The notes below the pieces were generated by a model. It was not told the DNA's origin and made no database searches. It saw nothing but the letters and a program-made list of their open reading frames with translations. This document shows positions 30,144 through 38,034 of a DNA stretch of 64,000 bases, piece by piece. Each line of letters begins with the position of its first letter. Positions within the stretch are counted from its first letter, which is position 1. Location of the stretch: NCBI GenBank assembly GCA_041666145.1, contig JBAYHK010000001.1:67810-131809 (forward strand). Direction: 5' to 3'. The position numbers and the translations under genes were made by a program. The stretch comes from Patescibacteria group bacterium (GTDB lineage: Bacteria; Patescibacteriota; Patescibacteriia; UBA9934).

Positions 30144-30335
30144 TATTCACCTCTCTCTTTTTTGCGAAGTTTGAAGGTTGTCTTCGAATCAAGCGCGTCT
30201 CCACAGTTTGCGCTTGAACGAGGAATAATGGCACAAGTTAGCCAAAAGAACAAGGCTAAAATCATTCGAATGACATCAAACGGCTCCGACTCTCGTGTAG
30301 AGTTGGGGCCGTTCGTATTTGCTGGGAACCTATTT

Positions 30336-30581
30336 CTAATTCGGATGTTTCAAGCTCCTCTGTCTGCAAAACGTCCGAACTTCTTCAAATCCAGCCGCCA
30401 TGGCCAGAAGCCAAACAACGGACAAGAGAACACAGAGCGCGATTGCAACAAATGGATGCTCCCTCCACAGTACAAAACGGCTCCTCGTTCCATGATCGAG
30501 CAAAATCGCCATCACAAAAAAGCTCGTGACGCTCAATGCCGCATAGAAAAACACCCTCAACCAAAGTAGCCGACTGGACAC
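30336..30581 (-). CDS. Small 2-TM membrane protein (cassette 4; unrelated or very divergent)
   Basis: 81 aa; SD GGAGGTG; followed by the same hairpin terminator. Confidence 0.7.
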   Translation of the reverse strand: MSSRLLWLRVFFYAALSVTSFFVMAILLDHGTRSRFVLWREHPFVAIALCVLLSVVWLLAMAAGFEEVRTFCRQRSLKHPN

Positions 30582-30752
30582 GAATCACCTCCATGTAAAT
30601 TTGTCACCCACGTCATCAAGCTCGCCTCGCTGGCGTTCGCCTGAGTAAAGGACGGTGACATAAATTAGCGAGGAAATCAAGCCTACAATGCAAAAATCAG
30701 GCAACGTGGAAGTGAACCACGACGCCTGATTCGTTAAGAATGGCTTGAATAA

Positions 30753-31313
30753 CTAGAGTCTTGGTATCCAACTAAAGCCAACGAGCGCCTTCGGCGATCT
30801 CGACTCTAAGTCGTAAAGCGGAGCTGCCCAGACATCGAGACTCGGCCTCGACAAGGAGTAGCCGATTCGAGGGCCGATGCCGTCGAAACGCTGCGCAAGC
30901 ACACCGATCGTAACGGGTTCCGCCTTGTACGAGGCCGAAACTTTGTACCAGGGCCCGCTTCCACCGTACTCAGCAATGCCGAGGAAGCTGAGCTTTTTGT
31001 TACTTATCGACGAATAGGCCATTACTCTCCATGGAGCATCGGCGGACTCGATCCCGCCGGCGATGCCGAGAGAGATGCTCTTTTTTGGGCTCCAGGTCGG
31101 GCCGACATACGCCTCGCTCCAATTAGGCGACACAACGAACGTCGCAGTCACCGAAAGATCATGAACGGCCGGAATGTCGACGATCGCCTTGGCTCGCGGG
31201 GTTACGGCTCCCGCAACATCGATCTGATTCTCTGAGGCAAGAAGGACGAAGGGATCGGAAGCGGAGGCGGAAGCAATAACGAGAGAAGCGACGGTGACGA
31301 CGAGAGCGGACAT
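30753..31313 (-). CDS. Secreted beta-strand-rich protein, beta-barrel-like
   Basis: Signal peptide, alternating hydrophobic strands with aromatic ends, SD AGGAG. Confidence 0.7.
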   Translation of the reverse strand: MSALVVTVASLVIASASASDPFVLLASENQIDVAGAVTPRAKAIVDIPAVHDLSVTATFVVSPNWSEAYVGPTWSPKKSISLGIAGGIESADAPWRVMAYSSISNKKLSFLGIAEYGGSGPWYKVSASYKAEPVTIGVLAQRFDGIGPRIGYSLSRPSLDVWAAPLYDLESRSPKALVGFSWIPRL

Positions 31314-31505
31314 GAAAGTCTCCTATATTGTTCAAGTTTCCTGCCGACAATCGGCGATCACTCTCGAACAAACAAGAATAGCAAAAATTGCACATTCTGT
31401 CCACAAGCTGTGGACTCTTTAAGCTCTGGAAGCCCGTATCATAAGGCATTTTCTGCTGTTGATGAGTTATTGACAACTTGTCCACAATGTTGATATTGTC
31501 GCTCA

Positions 31506-32267
31506 ATGTCTCGAGCAATGCTTGGAAAACTTGGATTCAGCGAAAAAGAAATCGAGGTCTATCTCGTGCTTCTTCAACATGGGAAAATGTCACCGGCGGA
31601 AGTCGCTAAGCTCACAAGAATCAGCAGACCAACGGTGTATAGCGTCGCGAAGGAATTGGTAAGAAAAGGCGTCGTCCTTGAAGATCTGGGCGGATCATCA
31701 CGTTCGCTCATCGCAAAACAACCAGAAGACCTCGCAATACTCGTTAATCGAGAACAAAAGGTACTCGATGCGAAAAAGACGCTCGTCGAATCTGCAATCA
31801 CAGAACTGCAAAAAGTCGCACAAAGCTCAAAATATTCAATCCCAAAAATCGTTTTCATTCCAGAAGAAGAAATCGATAACTATCTCTACAAACAAACTCC
31901 TATCTGGGACGCAAGTATTAAAAAAACGAAAACGTTTTACTGGGGCTTTCAAGATCCAAGTCTTGTTGAACACTACCAAACCTGGATTGACTGGTACTGG
32001 CAACGACCGGAAACGGCGGCATTGCGACTTCTTACAAATCAATCAAATATCGAAGAAACAATGTCGACAAAAGGGTACGCGAAACGTGAAATTCGACTCT
32101 GGTCTGGGGCGTCCTCATTCACTGCAACAACGTGGGTCATGGGGGATTATGTTGTTATGATCAACACAGGAAATCATCCTTTCTATCTCGTCGAGTTCCA
32201 TGATGCAATGATGGCGGAAAACTTACGGCAACTCTTTAGCGGAATTTGGAACACGCTTAACACATAA
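31506..32267 (+). CDS. TrmB-family HTH transcriptional regulator
   Basis: LGFSEKEIEVYLVLL...ISRPTVYSVAKELVRKG. Confidence 0.88.
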   Translation: MSRAMLGKLGFSEKEIEVYLVLLQHGKMSPAEVAKLTRISRPTVYSVAKELVRKGVVLEDLGGSSRSLIAKQPEDLAILVNREQKVLDAKKTLVESAITELQKVAQSSKYSIPKIVFIPEEEIDNYLYKQTPIWDASIKKTKTFYWGFQDPSLVEHYQTWIDWYWQRPETAALRLLTNQSNIEETMSTKGYAKREIRLWSGASSFTATTWVMGDYVVMINTGNHPFYLVEFHDAMMAENLRQLFSGIWNTLNT

Positions 32268-32270
32268 TCT

Positions 32271-33116
32271 ATGCGTTTTGGAGCACATGTGTCTTCATCT
32301 GGTGGACTTTGGAAGGCGGGGCTGGCGGGAAAGAAGCTTGGGTGCGAAGTCATTCAGATCTTTTCTCGTTCACCACAAATGTTCGCCGTTAAACCCATAT
32401 CGGACGAAGACGCGAAAAAGTTTCGAATCTCAATGAAGGAAAATGGAATAAAAGAGGTTTATATCCATGCGCCGTATATCATCAATCTTGCCTCTGCAAA
32501 AAACACTACTCGATTCGGCTCAATAAAAATTCTTCGAGAAGAACTTGATCGCGGAACACAGATCGGAGCAAGGGCGCTTATGTTTCACCCGGGCTCTGCA
32601 AAGGAGCTCGGACAAAAAGAAGGCGCAGATGCTGTGATCGATGGGCTCGATCGAATTCTAGATGGCTACAAAGGAACATGCCAACTTCTCATCGAAATCA
32701 GCGCCGGGGCAGGAGAAGTAATGGGAGATACGTTCGAAGAAATCGCCGACTTCATCAAAGGCGCAAAACGTGGGAAGGAAATCGGAATCTGCCTAGACAC
32801 TCAACACGCGTTCGCCTCTGGCTACGATTTGCGAACGAAGAAAGCAGTCGATGAAACGTTAAAACGATTCGACAAACTTATCGGTCTCAAAAAACTCATC
32901 GTCATTCACTGTAATGATTCAAAAACCGAACTCGGAAGCCACAAAGATCGCCATGAGCATATCGGGCGGGGCCTCATCGGCGCCGAAGGATTCGAGGCCA
33001 TTGTTCAGCATCCGAAACTCAAACACGTCGATTTCATTATTGAAACGCCTCTTGATAAATCGGGAGATAAAAATCGAAAAGCGGATCTTGTGCTCCTGAA
33101 AAAATATTACAAATAG
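32271..33116 (+). CDS. nfo: Endonuclease IV
   Basis: GAHVS, HAPYIINLAS, FHPGS, CLDTQH, HCNDSK and DRHEHIG motifs. Confidence 0.96.
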   Translation: MRFGAHVSSSGGLWKAGLAGKKLGCEVIQIFSRSPQMFAVKPISDEDAKKFRISMKENGIKEVYIHAPYIINLASAKNTTRFGSIKILREELDRGTQIGARALMFHPGSAKELGQKEGADAVIDGLDRILDGYKGTCQLLIEISAGAGEVMGDTFEEIADFIKGAKRGKEIGICLDTQHAFASGYDLRTKKAVDETLKRFDKLIGLKKLIVIHCNDSKTELGSHKDRHEHIGRGLIGAEGFEAIVQHPKLKHVDFIIETPLDKSGDKNRKADLVLLKKYYK

Positions 33117-33119
33117 AAC

Positions 33120-33416
33120 CTACGCGTCTACCGTTGCTCCGTCGTCAAAATAAGGAACGCCCGGTTTGATCTCACAAAAACCGGTCTCTTCATTGTAAAT
33201 AAGCGGCACCTTGAGCGGCTCTTCACGATAGGGAATGGAAGGGCAAATACACCCTCCGTCAATAAATGTTCCGCCTGTCATTCTACAAAACGTGCCCATT
33301 TTTCCGCTCTCCTCCTCATCAAAATTCTTGTCAAAATGCGGAATGCAAAGCCAGACAGCAATAATAGCCAAGAGGAGAATAAGGATGGTAACTCCGACAA
33401 TGAAGATTCGTTTCAT
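33120..33416 (-). CDS. Small membrane-anchored Cys-containing hypothetical protein
   Basis: N-terminal TM; FCRMTGG..GCIC...C. Confidence 0.6.
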   Translation of the reverse strand: MKRIFIVGVTILILLLAIIAVWLCIPHFDKNFDEEESGKMGTFCRMTGGTFIDGGCICPSIPYREEPLKVPLIYNEETGFCEIKPGVPYFDDGATVDA

Positions 33417-33437
33417 AGACTTTTTTCAGTATACGCT

Positions 33438-33674
33438 ATGAAAAGCTCAAAGATATTCGTAGAAATAGAAGTAAAAACGAATGGCAAGGAGCAGAAGGTC
33501 GAACTGGTCGAATCGCAAATCAAAGTCTCTCTCAAGTCGTCACCAATAGACGGGAAAGCAAACATCGAGCTCATTCGACTTCTTGCGAAACATTTTCATG
33601 TGCCGCAAAATCGAATCATCATCAAACAGGGAATAACGAACAAGAAAAAACGTATCGAAATTCTAGAAAGTTAA
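33438..33674 (+). CDS. DUF167 (YggU) family protein
   Basis: SPIDGKANIELIRLLAKHF...I..G.TNKKK; start MKSSK. Confidence 0.88.
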   Translation: MKSSKIFVEIEVKTNGKEQKVELVESQIKVSLKSSPIDGKANIELIRLLAKHFHVPQNRIIIKQGITNKKKRIEILES

Positions 33675-33689
33675 TTACGACATCGATTC

Positions 33690-33929
33690 TCACGGCTTAT
33701 CGATTCCGCCCTTTACCCACGGATGGCACCGAAGAACGCGCCACGTTCCTTTCAAAATTCCTCGAACAACGCCGTCTTTCACAATAGATTGTCGACAGTA
33801 TTCAGAACAACTCGGATAAAATGGGCAGAATCCGTATGGATACATGCGCTTCATTGGCCCATGATCGTAAGAAAGCGTTTTTTGATAAAGAACAATCGGC
33901 CATGTCGCGATATCACGAAGGCGGATCAT
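33690..33929 (-). CDS. yidD: Membrane protein insertion efficiency factor
   Basis: CPFYPSCSEY...RVLRCHPW..GG.D. Confidence 0.93.
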   Translation of the reverse strand: MIRLRDIATWPIVLYQKTLSYDHGPMKRMYPYGFCPFYPSCSEYCRQSIVKDGVVRGILKGTWRVLRCHPWVKGGIDKP

Positions 33930-34264
33930 AATAACTTTGCTCGATAAAGCGCACTTCGAAGTTTTTTTTCTTTTTCTGCGTAATCTAAACCGAGCGCTGG
34001 CTTTGCTGTAAGAAGTAAAACATCAAAACCTGGTTTTATTTCTTGTATCGACTTCTGCAAAATATCCCTGTACTGCCGACGAATGCGATTTCGATCAACC
34101 GCCTTTTTACTTACTTTTATTCCAACAACCACAGCAAATCTCGACACATCCAATCCATTCTTCGCCATCTTTACCCCGCACGCCGAATCAAAAGCACCAA
34201 GCTTTGATTTCAAAACTCTCGCAATCTCCATTGATTTTCGTAACCGATATTGGGCCGAGAGCAT
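33926..34264 (-). CDS. rnpA: Ribonuclease P protein component
   Basis: RFAVVVGIKVSKKAVDRNRIRR; start MLSAQYRL. Confidence 0.93.
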   Translation of the reverse strand: MLSAQYRLRKSMEIARVLKSKLGAFDSACGVKMAKNGLDVSRFAVVVGIKVSKKAVDRNRIRRQYRDILQKSIQEIKPGFDVLLLTAKPALGLDYAEKEKKLRSALYRAKLL

Positions 34265-34360
34265 AAAAGAGATCAAATTGAGACCGGACAAGACAAGGTC
34301 AAGCTGTACAAGGCTACTGAAGCGACGAGATGAAAGCGAGACAGGAAAGGACAAGACGCG

Positions 34361-34536
34361 GTGAAGCGTTTATTTTCGGTCAGTTTCGGTGCGCGACCAG
34401 CGAAGCTCGCGATCCCACTTCACTAAAGTTTCGTGGGATGCCTCCGAAGCTTTAGCGGAGGGGCAAACGTACTTAACGGTACGTTGAACGAATTTGCGAT
34501 GACGCAAGCCGAAAATGGCCAAAATAAACGCTTCAC
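34361..34536. repeat. 176-bp MITE/REP-like palindromic element
   Basis: 16-bp perfect terminal inverted repeat GTGAAGCGTTTATTTT/AAAATAAACGCTTCAC with nested hairpins. Confidence 0.6.
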
Positions 34537-34576
34537 TCATCATAACAAAAATCCGACACTCGTCGGATTCTGTTTT

Positions 34577-34729
34577 CTAACGCGGGCGTGCAGTGACGGT
34601 AAGACGCTTCCGGCCCTTTGCACGGCGACGCTTGAGAACAATGCGGCCGTCCTTAGACTTCATGCGCTTGCGGAACCCGTGCACTTTCGCGCGCTGCCGC
34701 TTTTTCGGCTGGTACGTTCGCTTAGGCAT
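34577..34729 (-). CDS. rpmH: 50S ribosomal protein L34
   Basis: Absent from the ORF track (50 aa): [50 protein letters not shown]. Confidence 0.97.
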   Translation of the reverse strand: MPKRTYQPKKRQRAKVHGFRKRMKSKDGRIVLKRRRAKGRKRLTVTARPR

Positions 34730-34885
34730 ATGTGGCGAAAAGGGTACGCGCAACCGTTTGACATGTCAATAAAACAGCGAAGACTAGAAGAAAAAATGCG
34801 TCTTTGAGAGACCCAATTTTTTAGAAACGGCTTCAGACATCCACACCAAAAACAAAAACCGAACACGAAGGTCTTTTCTAGAAAA

Positions 34886-34983
34886 TGTGCACAAGTACCC
34901 CCGCTTATCCACTCTTTTTGCCACCTTATCCACACTTTCATCCACTTTTCGACAAAATTGACGGCCTTTACACCTGTGGACAA
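34886..34983. promoter_or_regulatory. DnaA-box cluster upstream of dnaA
   Basis: TGTGCACAA 34886, TTATCCACT 34905, TTATCCACA 34926, TCATCCACT 34938, TGTGGACAA 34975. Confidence 0.85.
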
Positions 34984-35056
34984 TTGGCTATGCTGTGGCC
35001 AATCGTCACGTCTGTCAGGGGATTTACGCCCTGTCACGTTGGTTGCCATCGAGACT

Positions 35057-36448
35057 ATGAATACCCACGAGCTTTGGGAGGCTGTTCTAGGAGAATTGGA
35101 GCTTGTTGTTAGCAAGGCGCATTTCACTACGTGGTTCAGACATACGTTCATCTGTGACTACAAGAATGGGGAAGTTGTTATTGGCATTCCGAATACCATT
35201 ACCCAACAATGGATCAGCAAAAAGCATCATCGAGACATCATTGAGAGCATCCAAAACATCACCAACCAATCCGTTCGTAGTCTTACCTATCGTGTCGCGA
35301 TAAAAACAAACGCTACGCAGCCACTCATTATTGAAGAAAAGAAGCCGCTCATTCCAGAGGCGCACGAAGATTACGGATTCATCCCAACCGGAGGCTCTGC
35401 GGAGGGCGCCACAGGAACAGGAACGATCACAGTAAATCCTTCATACACATTCCAGACCTTCGTTGTTGGCAAACAGAATGAGCTCGCTCATGCAGCCGCA
35501 CAAGCAGTGGCAGCACAACCAGGCGGCGCCTATAATCCGCTGTTCATCTACGGAGGCGTCGGGCTCGGCAAAACGCATCTTCTTCACGCCATCGCAAACG
35601 AAATGCGCCGCCGCAATCCAAGCGTTCGAATTCTTTACGTCACCTGTGAACGCTTCACCAACGACTTCATCAACGCGATTCGTTCAGGAAAGGGAAAAGA
35701 ATTCAAAGACCGCTACCGCAACGTCGACCTTCTTCTTATTGATGACATTCAGTTCATCACAGGAAAAGAAGGAACACAGGAGGAATTTTTCCACACATTC
35801 AACGCGCTTCACCAAGAACAGCGTCAAATCGTCATTTCGTCAGACCGTCCACCAAAATCCATAGCAAGTCTTGAAAAGCGACTGCAGTCACGACTCGAAT
35901 GGGGAATGCTTGTAGATATTGGAATGCCAGATCTTGAAACGCGCATCGCCATTTTGCAAAAGAAATGCATGGAGAAAGCCTTTCAACTCGATCGTGAAAT
36001 TCTTCATTACGTCGCATCGAACATCTACTCGAACATTCGCGAGCTTGAAGGCGCACTGAACAAAATCATCGCCATCCACCAATTCCGCAACATCGAACCA
36101 ACTCTCGAAAGCGTAAAGCCGATCATTACAAGCTTTGAATCTGAAAATGTTCGGAAGACCGTTACTCCACGCCAGCTCATCTTAGTAGTCTCTGAATATT
36201 TCGACATCACCATTGAAGACATCCTTGGAAAGTCTCGCGAAAAAAAGCTCGCCTTTCCACGCCAGATCATCATGTATCTCATGCGTGAAGAGATGAAAAC
36301 GTCATACCCTGCGATCGGAAACGAACTTGGCGGACGCGACCACACCACTGCAATGCACGCCTACGGCAAAATCGCGAACCTCTTAAAAGAGGATGAAAAA
36401 CTTCAAAAGGATCTCGAACTTATAAAACAGAAACTTTACGCGGGATAA
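35057..36448 (+). CDS. dnaA: Chromosomal replication initiator DnaA
   Basis: YNPLFIYGGVGLGKTHL, DLLLIDDIQF and GGRDHTT motifs; start MNTHELW. Confidence 0.98.
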   Translation: MNTHELWEAVLGELELVVSKAHFTTWFRHTFICDYKNGEVVIGIPNTITQQWISKKHHRDIIESIQNITNQSVRSLTYRVAIKTNATQPLIIEEKKPLIPEAHEDYGFIPTGGSAEGATGTGTITVNPSYTFQTFVVGKQNELAHAAAQAVAAQPGGAYNPLFIYGGVGLGKTHLLHAIANEMRRRNPSVRILYVTCERFTNDFINAIRSGKGKEFKDRYRNVDLLLIDDIQFITGKEGTQEEFFHTFNALHQEQRQIVISSDRPPKSIASLEKRLQSRLEWGMLVDIGMPDLETRIAILQKKCMEKAFQLDREILHYVASNIYSNIRELEGALNKIIAIHQFRNIEPTLESVKPIITSFESENVRKTVTPRQLILVVSEYFDITIEDILGKSREKKLAFPRQIIMYLMREEMKTSYPAIGNELGGRDHTTAMHAYGKIANLLKEDEKLQKDLELIKQKLYAG

Positions 36449-36734
36449 ATTGTGCATACATTGTGACAGTGCTGTGAACTGTGGATGCAGTGGGGAAAAG
36501 GCAGTGGAGTGATGGGTGTATTTCCATGTGGAAGAGGGTAGGATAAACAGTGATCAAAAACAGTAAACAATGAGGTCGACAAAATACTCCACACCAACGT
36601 CACCGACGTCGCCTCAATTCATCCACGGAAGGAAATTCAAAATCGCACTGGCACTAACCGCAATAATCGCTTATCCCCGCCATCCACACCCCTTACTGTT
36701 ACTACTGTTTGGAATAAAGAATTAAATCCTGAAT
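36449..36734. other. oriC unwinding region (dnaA-dnaN intergenic)
   Basis: Degenerate DnaA boxes; tandem TTATCCCCG/CCATCCACA (36671-36688), then a C-run, DnaA-trio-like TACTGTTACTACTGT and an AT-rich tract. By eye the + strand shifts from C/A-rich to G/T-rich around here. Confidence 0.8.
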
Positions 36735-37868
36735 GTGAAGCTCTCTTGTACGCGAGAAAACTTATATCAAGGTCTTTCCATTACCAGTCATACCGGAGGA
36801 AAGAATGCGAACCTTCCGATTCTTAATAACATTCTTCTTCGAGCAGACATCGGCGGCTTAAAGCTCACCGCGACAAACCTCGAGTTAACGATTACCTGTA
36901 CGATTCGAGGGAAGGTAGACCAGCCTGGCGAATACACGCTTCCAGCAAAACTCTTTGTTGATTACGTTTCCCTTCTTCCAAATGAGCGCGTTGATCTTGA
37001 TCTTCTTGACCATGCGCTTTCAGTAACGTGCGATAAAACAAAAACAAAAATCAACGGACTTCCGGCGAATGAATTTCCACTCATCCCTCCAGTCACGGGA
37101 GGGGTCAGGTTCGTTGTTCCGGCCTCTGCGTTCGACGCAGCGCTCGGAAACGTTCTCTTTGCCGTTGCGACGAATGAAGCGCGTCAGGCGCTCACTGGAG
37201 TCTTCATGCATTTTGACGGGCTGAATGATCAAGTCGTTCTTGCTGCAACGGATAGTTATCGACTTGCAGAAAAAATTATTCCTCTCGCAGAGCGTGTAGA
37301 GGGCGAGCGCAAGACGATCGTTCCGTCGCGAACGCTTGCAGAGCTTCGTCGTATTTTGAGCGTGCTTCGAGACAACGCAGACGCGCCAGAGAACGTAGAT
37401 ATTGAGCTTACGGAAAGTCAGATTGTCTTTCGATATGGAACCGTTGAGCTTTCATCTCGTACTGTTGAAGGCGTGTACCCAGATTATCGACAGATTATCC
37501 CGAAGTCGGCATCAACAGAGATCACGGTCGATAAGGGCGCCTTTGCTCAGGCAATTAAGCGAACAAGTCTTTTTTCTAAAGCTGGACTTTTCGATGTGAA
37601 GCTTGAAATTAATCCAGTCGATAAAAATATTACACTTTCTGCTGCAGATGTCGGACGTGGCGAGAACACGGTTTCGATCGAAGGCGACGTCACGGGGATT
37701 GCGAGCGCCGCTGTTCTGAACTTTCGCTATTTACTCGACGGTGTGAATGCGATGTTGTCAGATCGAGTGGTTTTGAAGTTTATCGACGCGATGAATCCTT
37801 GCGTGGTGGTTCCTGAGAATCGTCCAGGAGATAAATATCTTTACATTGTGATGCCAATTCGGCAGTAG
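36735..37868 (+). CDS. dnaN: DNA polymerase III beta clamp
   Basis: LPILNNILL, ATNLE, ATDSYRLA, YPDYRQIIP and YIVMPIR motifs. Confidence 0.97.
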   Translation: MKLSCTRENLYQGLSITSHTGGKNANLPILNNILLRADIGGLKLTATNLELTITCTIRGKVDQPGEYTLPAKLFVDYVSLLPNERVDLDLLDHALSVTCDKTKTKINGLPANEFPLIPPVTGGVRFVVPASAFDAALGNVLFAVATNEARQALTGVFMHFDGLNDQVVLAATDSYRLAEKIIPLAERVEGERKTIVPSRTLAELRRILSVLRDNADAPENVDIELTESQIVFRYGTVELSSRTVEGVYPDYRQIIPKSASTEITVDKGAFAQAIKRTSLFSKAGLFDVKLEINPVDKNITLSAADVGRGENTVSIEGDVTGIASAAVLNFRYLLDGVNAMLSDRVVLKFIDAMNPCVVVPENRPGDKYLYIVMPIRQ

Positions 37869-37922
37869 GGATTAAAAAACGTCCTAATTCTCTTTCGAGT
37901 TTTGGGACGTTTTTGTTATTTC

Positions 37923-38011
37923 GTCATTGCGAGGAAGGTAATCCTGACGAAGCGATCCAGGCCAGGCTCACATAAAGATTGCTTCGTTAGGATTACCTTC
38001 CTCGCAATGGC
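37923..38011. repeat. Palindromic repeat GTCATTGCGAGG...CCTCGCAATGRC, copy 1
   Basis: Long hairpin directly after the dnaN terminator; related copies at 52401 and 60240. Confidence 0.8.
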
Positions 38012-38034
38012 TGACCTCTAATCAGTGAGCGAGT

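Larger units (their letters stand above)
28901..30312. repeat. Tandem cassette repeats: 4 copies of a 33-bp hairpin (28909, 29470, 29875, 30280) and 3 copies of a ~110-bp promoter/leader block (29187-29297, 29740-29849, 30144-30254)
   Basis: Directly visible: ACGGC(C/T)CCG(A/G)CTCTCG(T/C)GTAGAGT(C/T)GGGGCCGT, and TTCACCTCTCT...GCTTGAACG.GGAATAATGGCACAA.TTAGCCAAAAGAACAAG. Confidence 0.95.

Noticed and set aside
28901-30312. CRISPR array
   Set aside because: Repeats are 400-560 bp apart, the intervening DNA is whole genes, and no cas genes are present.
28909-30312. Integron attC sites
   Set aside because: The hairpin is only 33 bp, lacks proper RYYYAAC/GTTRRRY ends and extrahelical bases, and looks like a terminator. 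The Xer protein lacks an obvious IntI-specific insertion.
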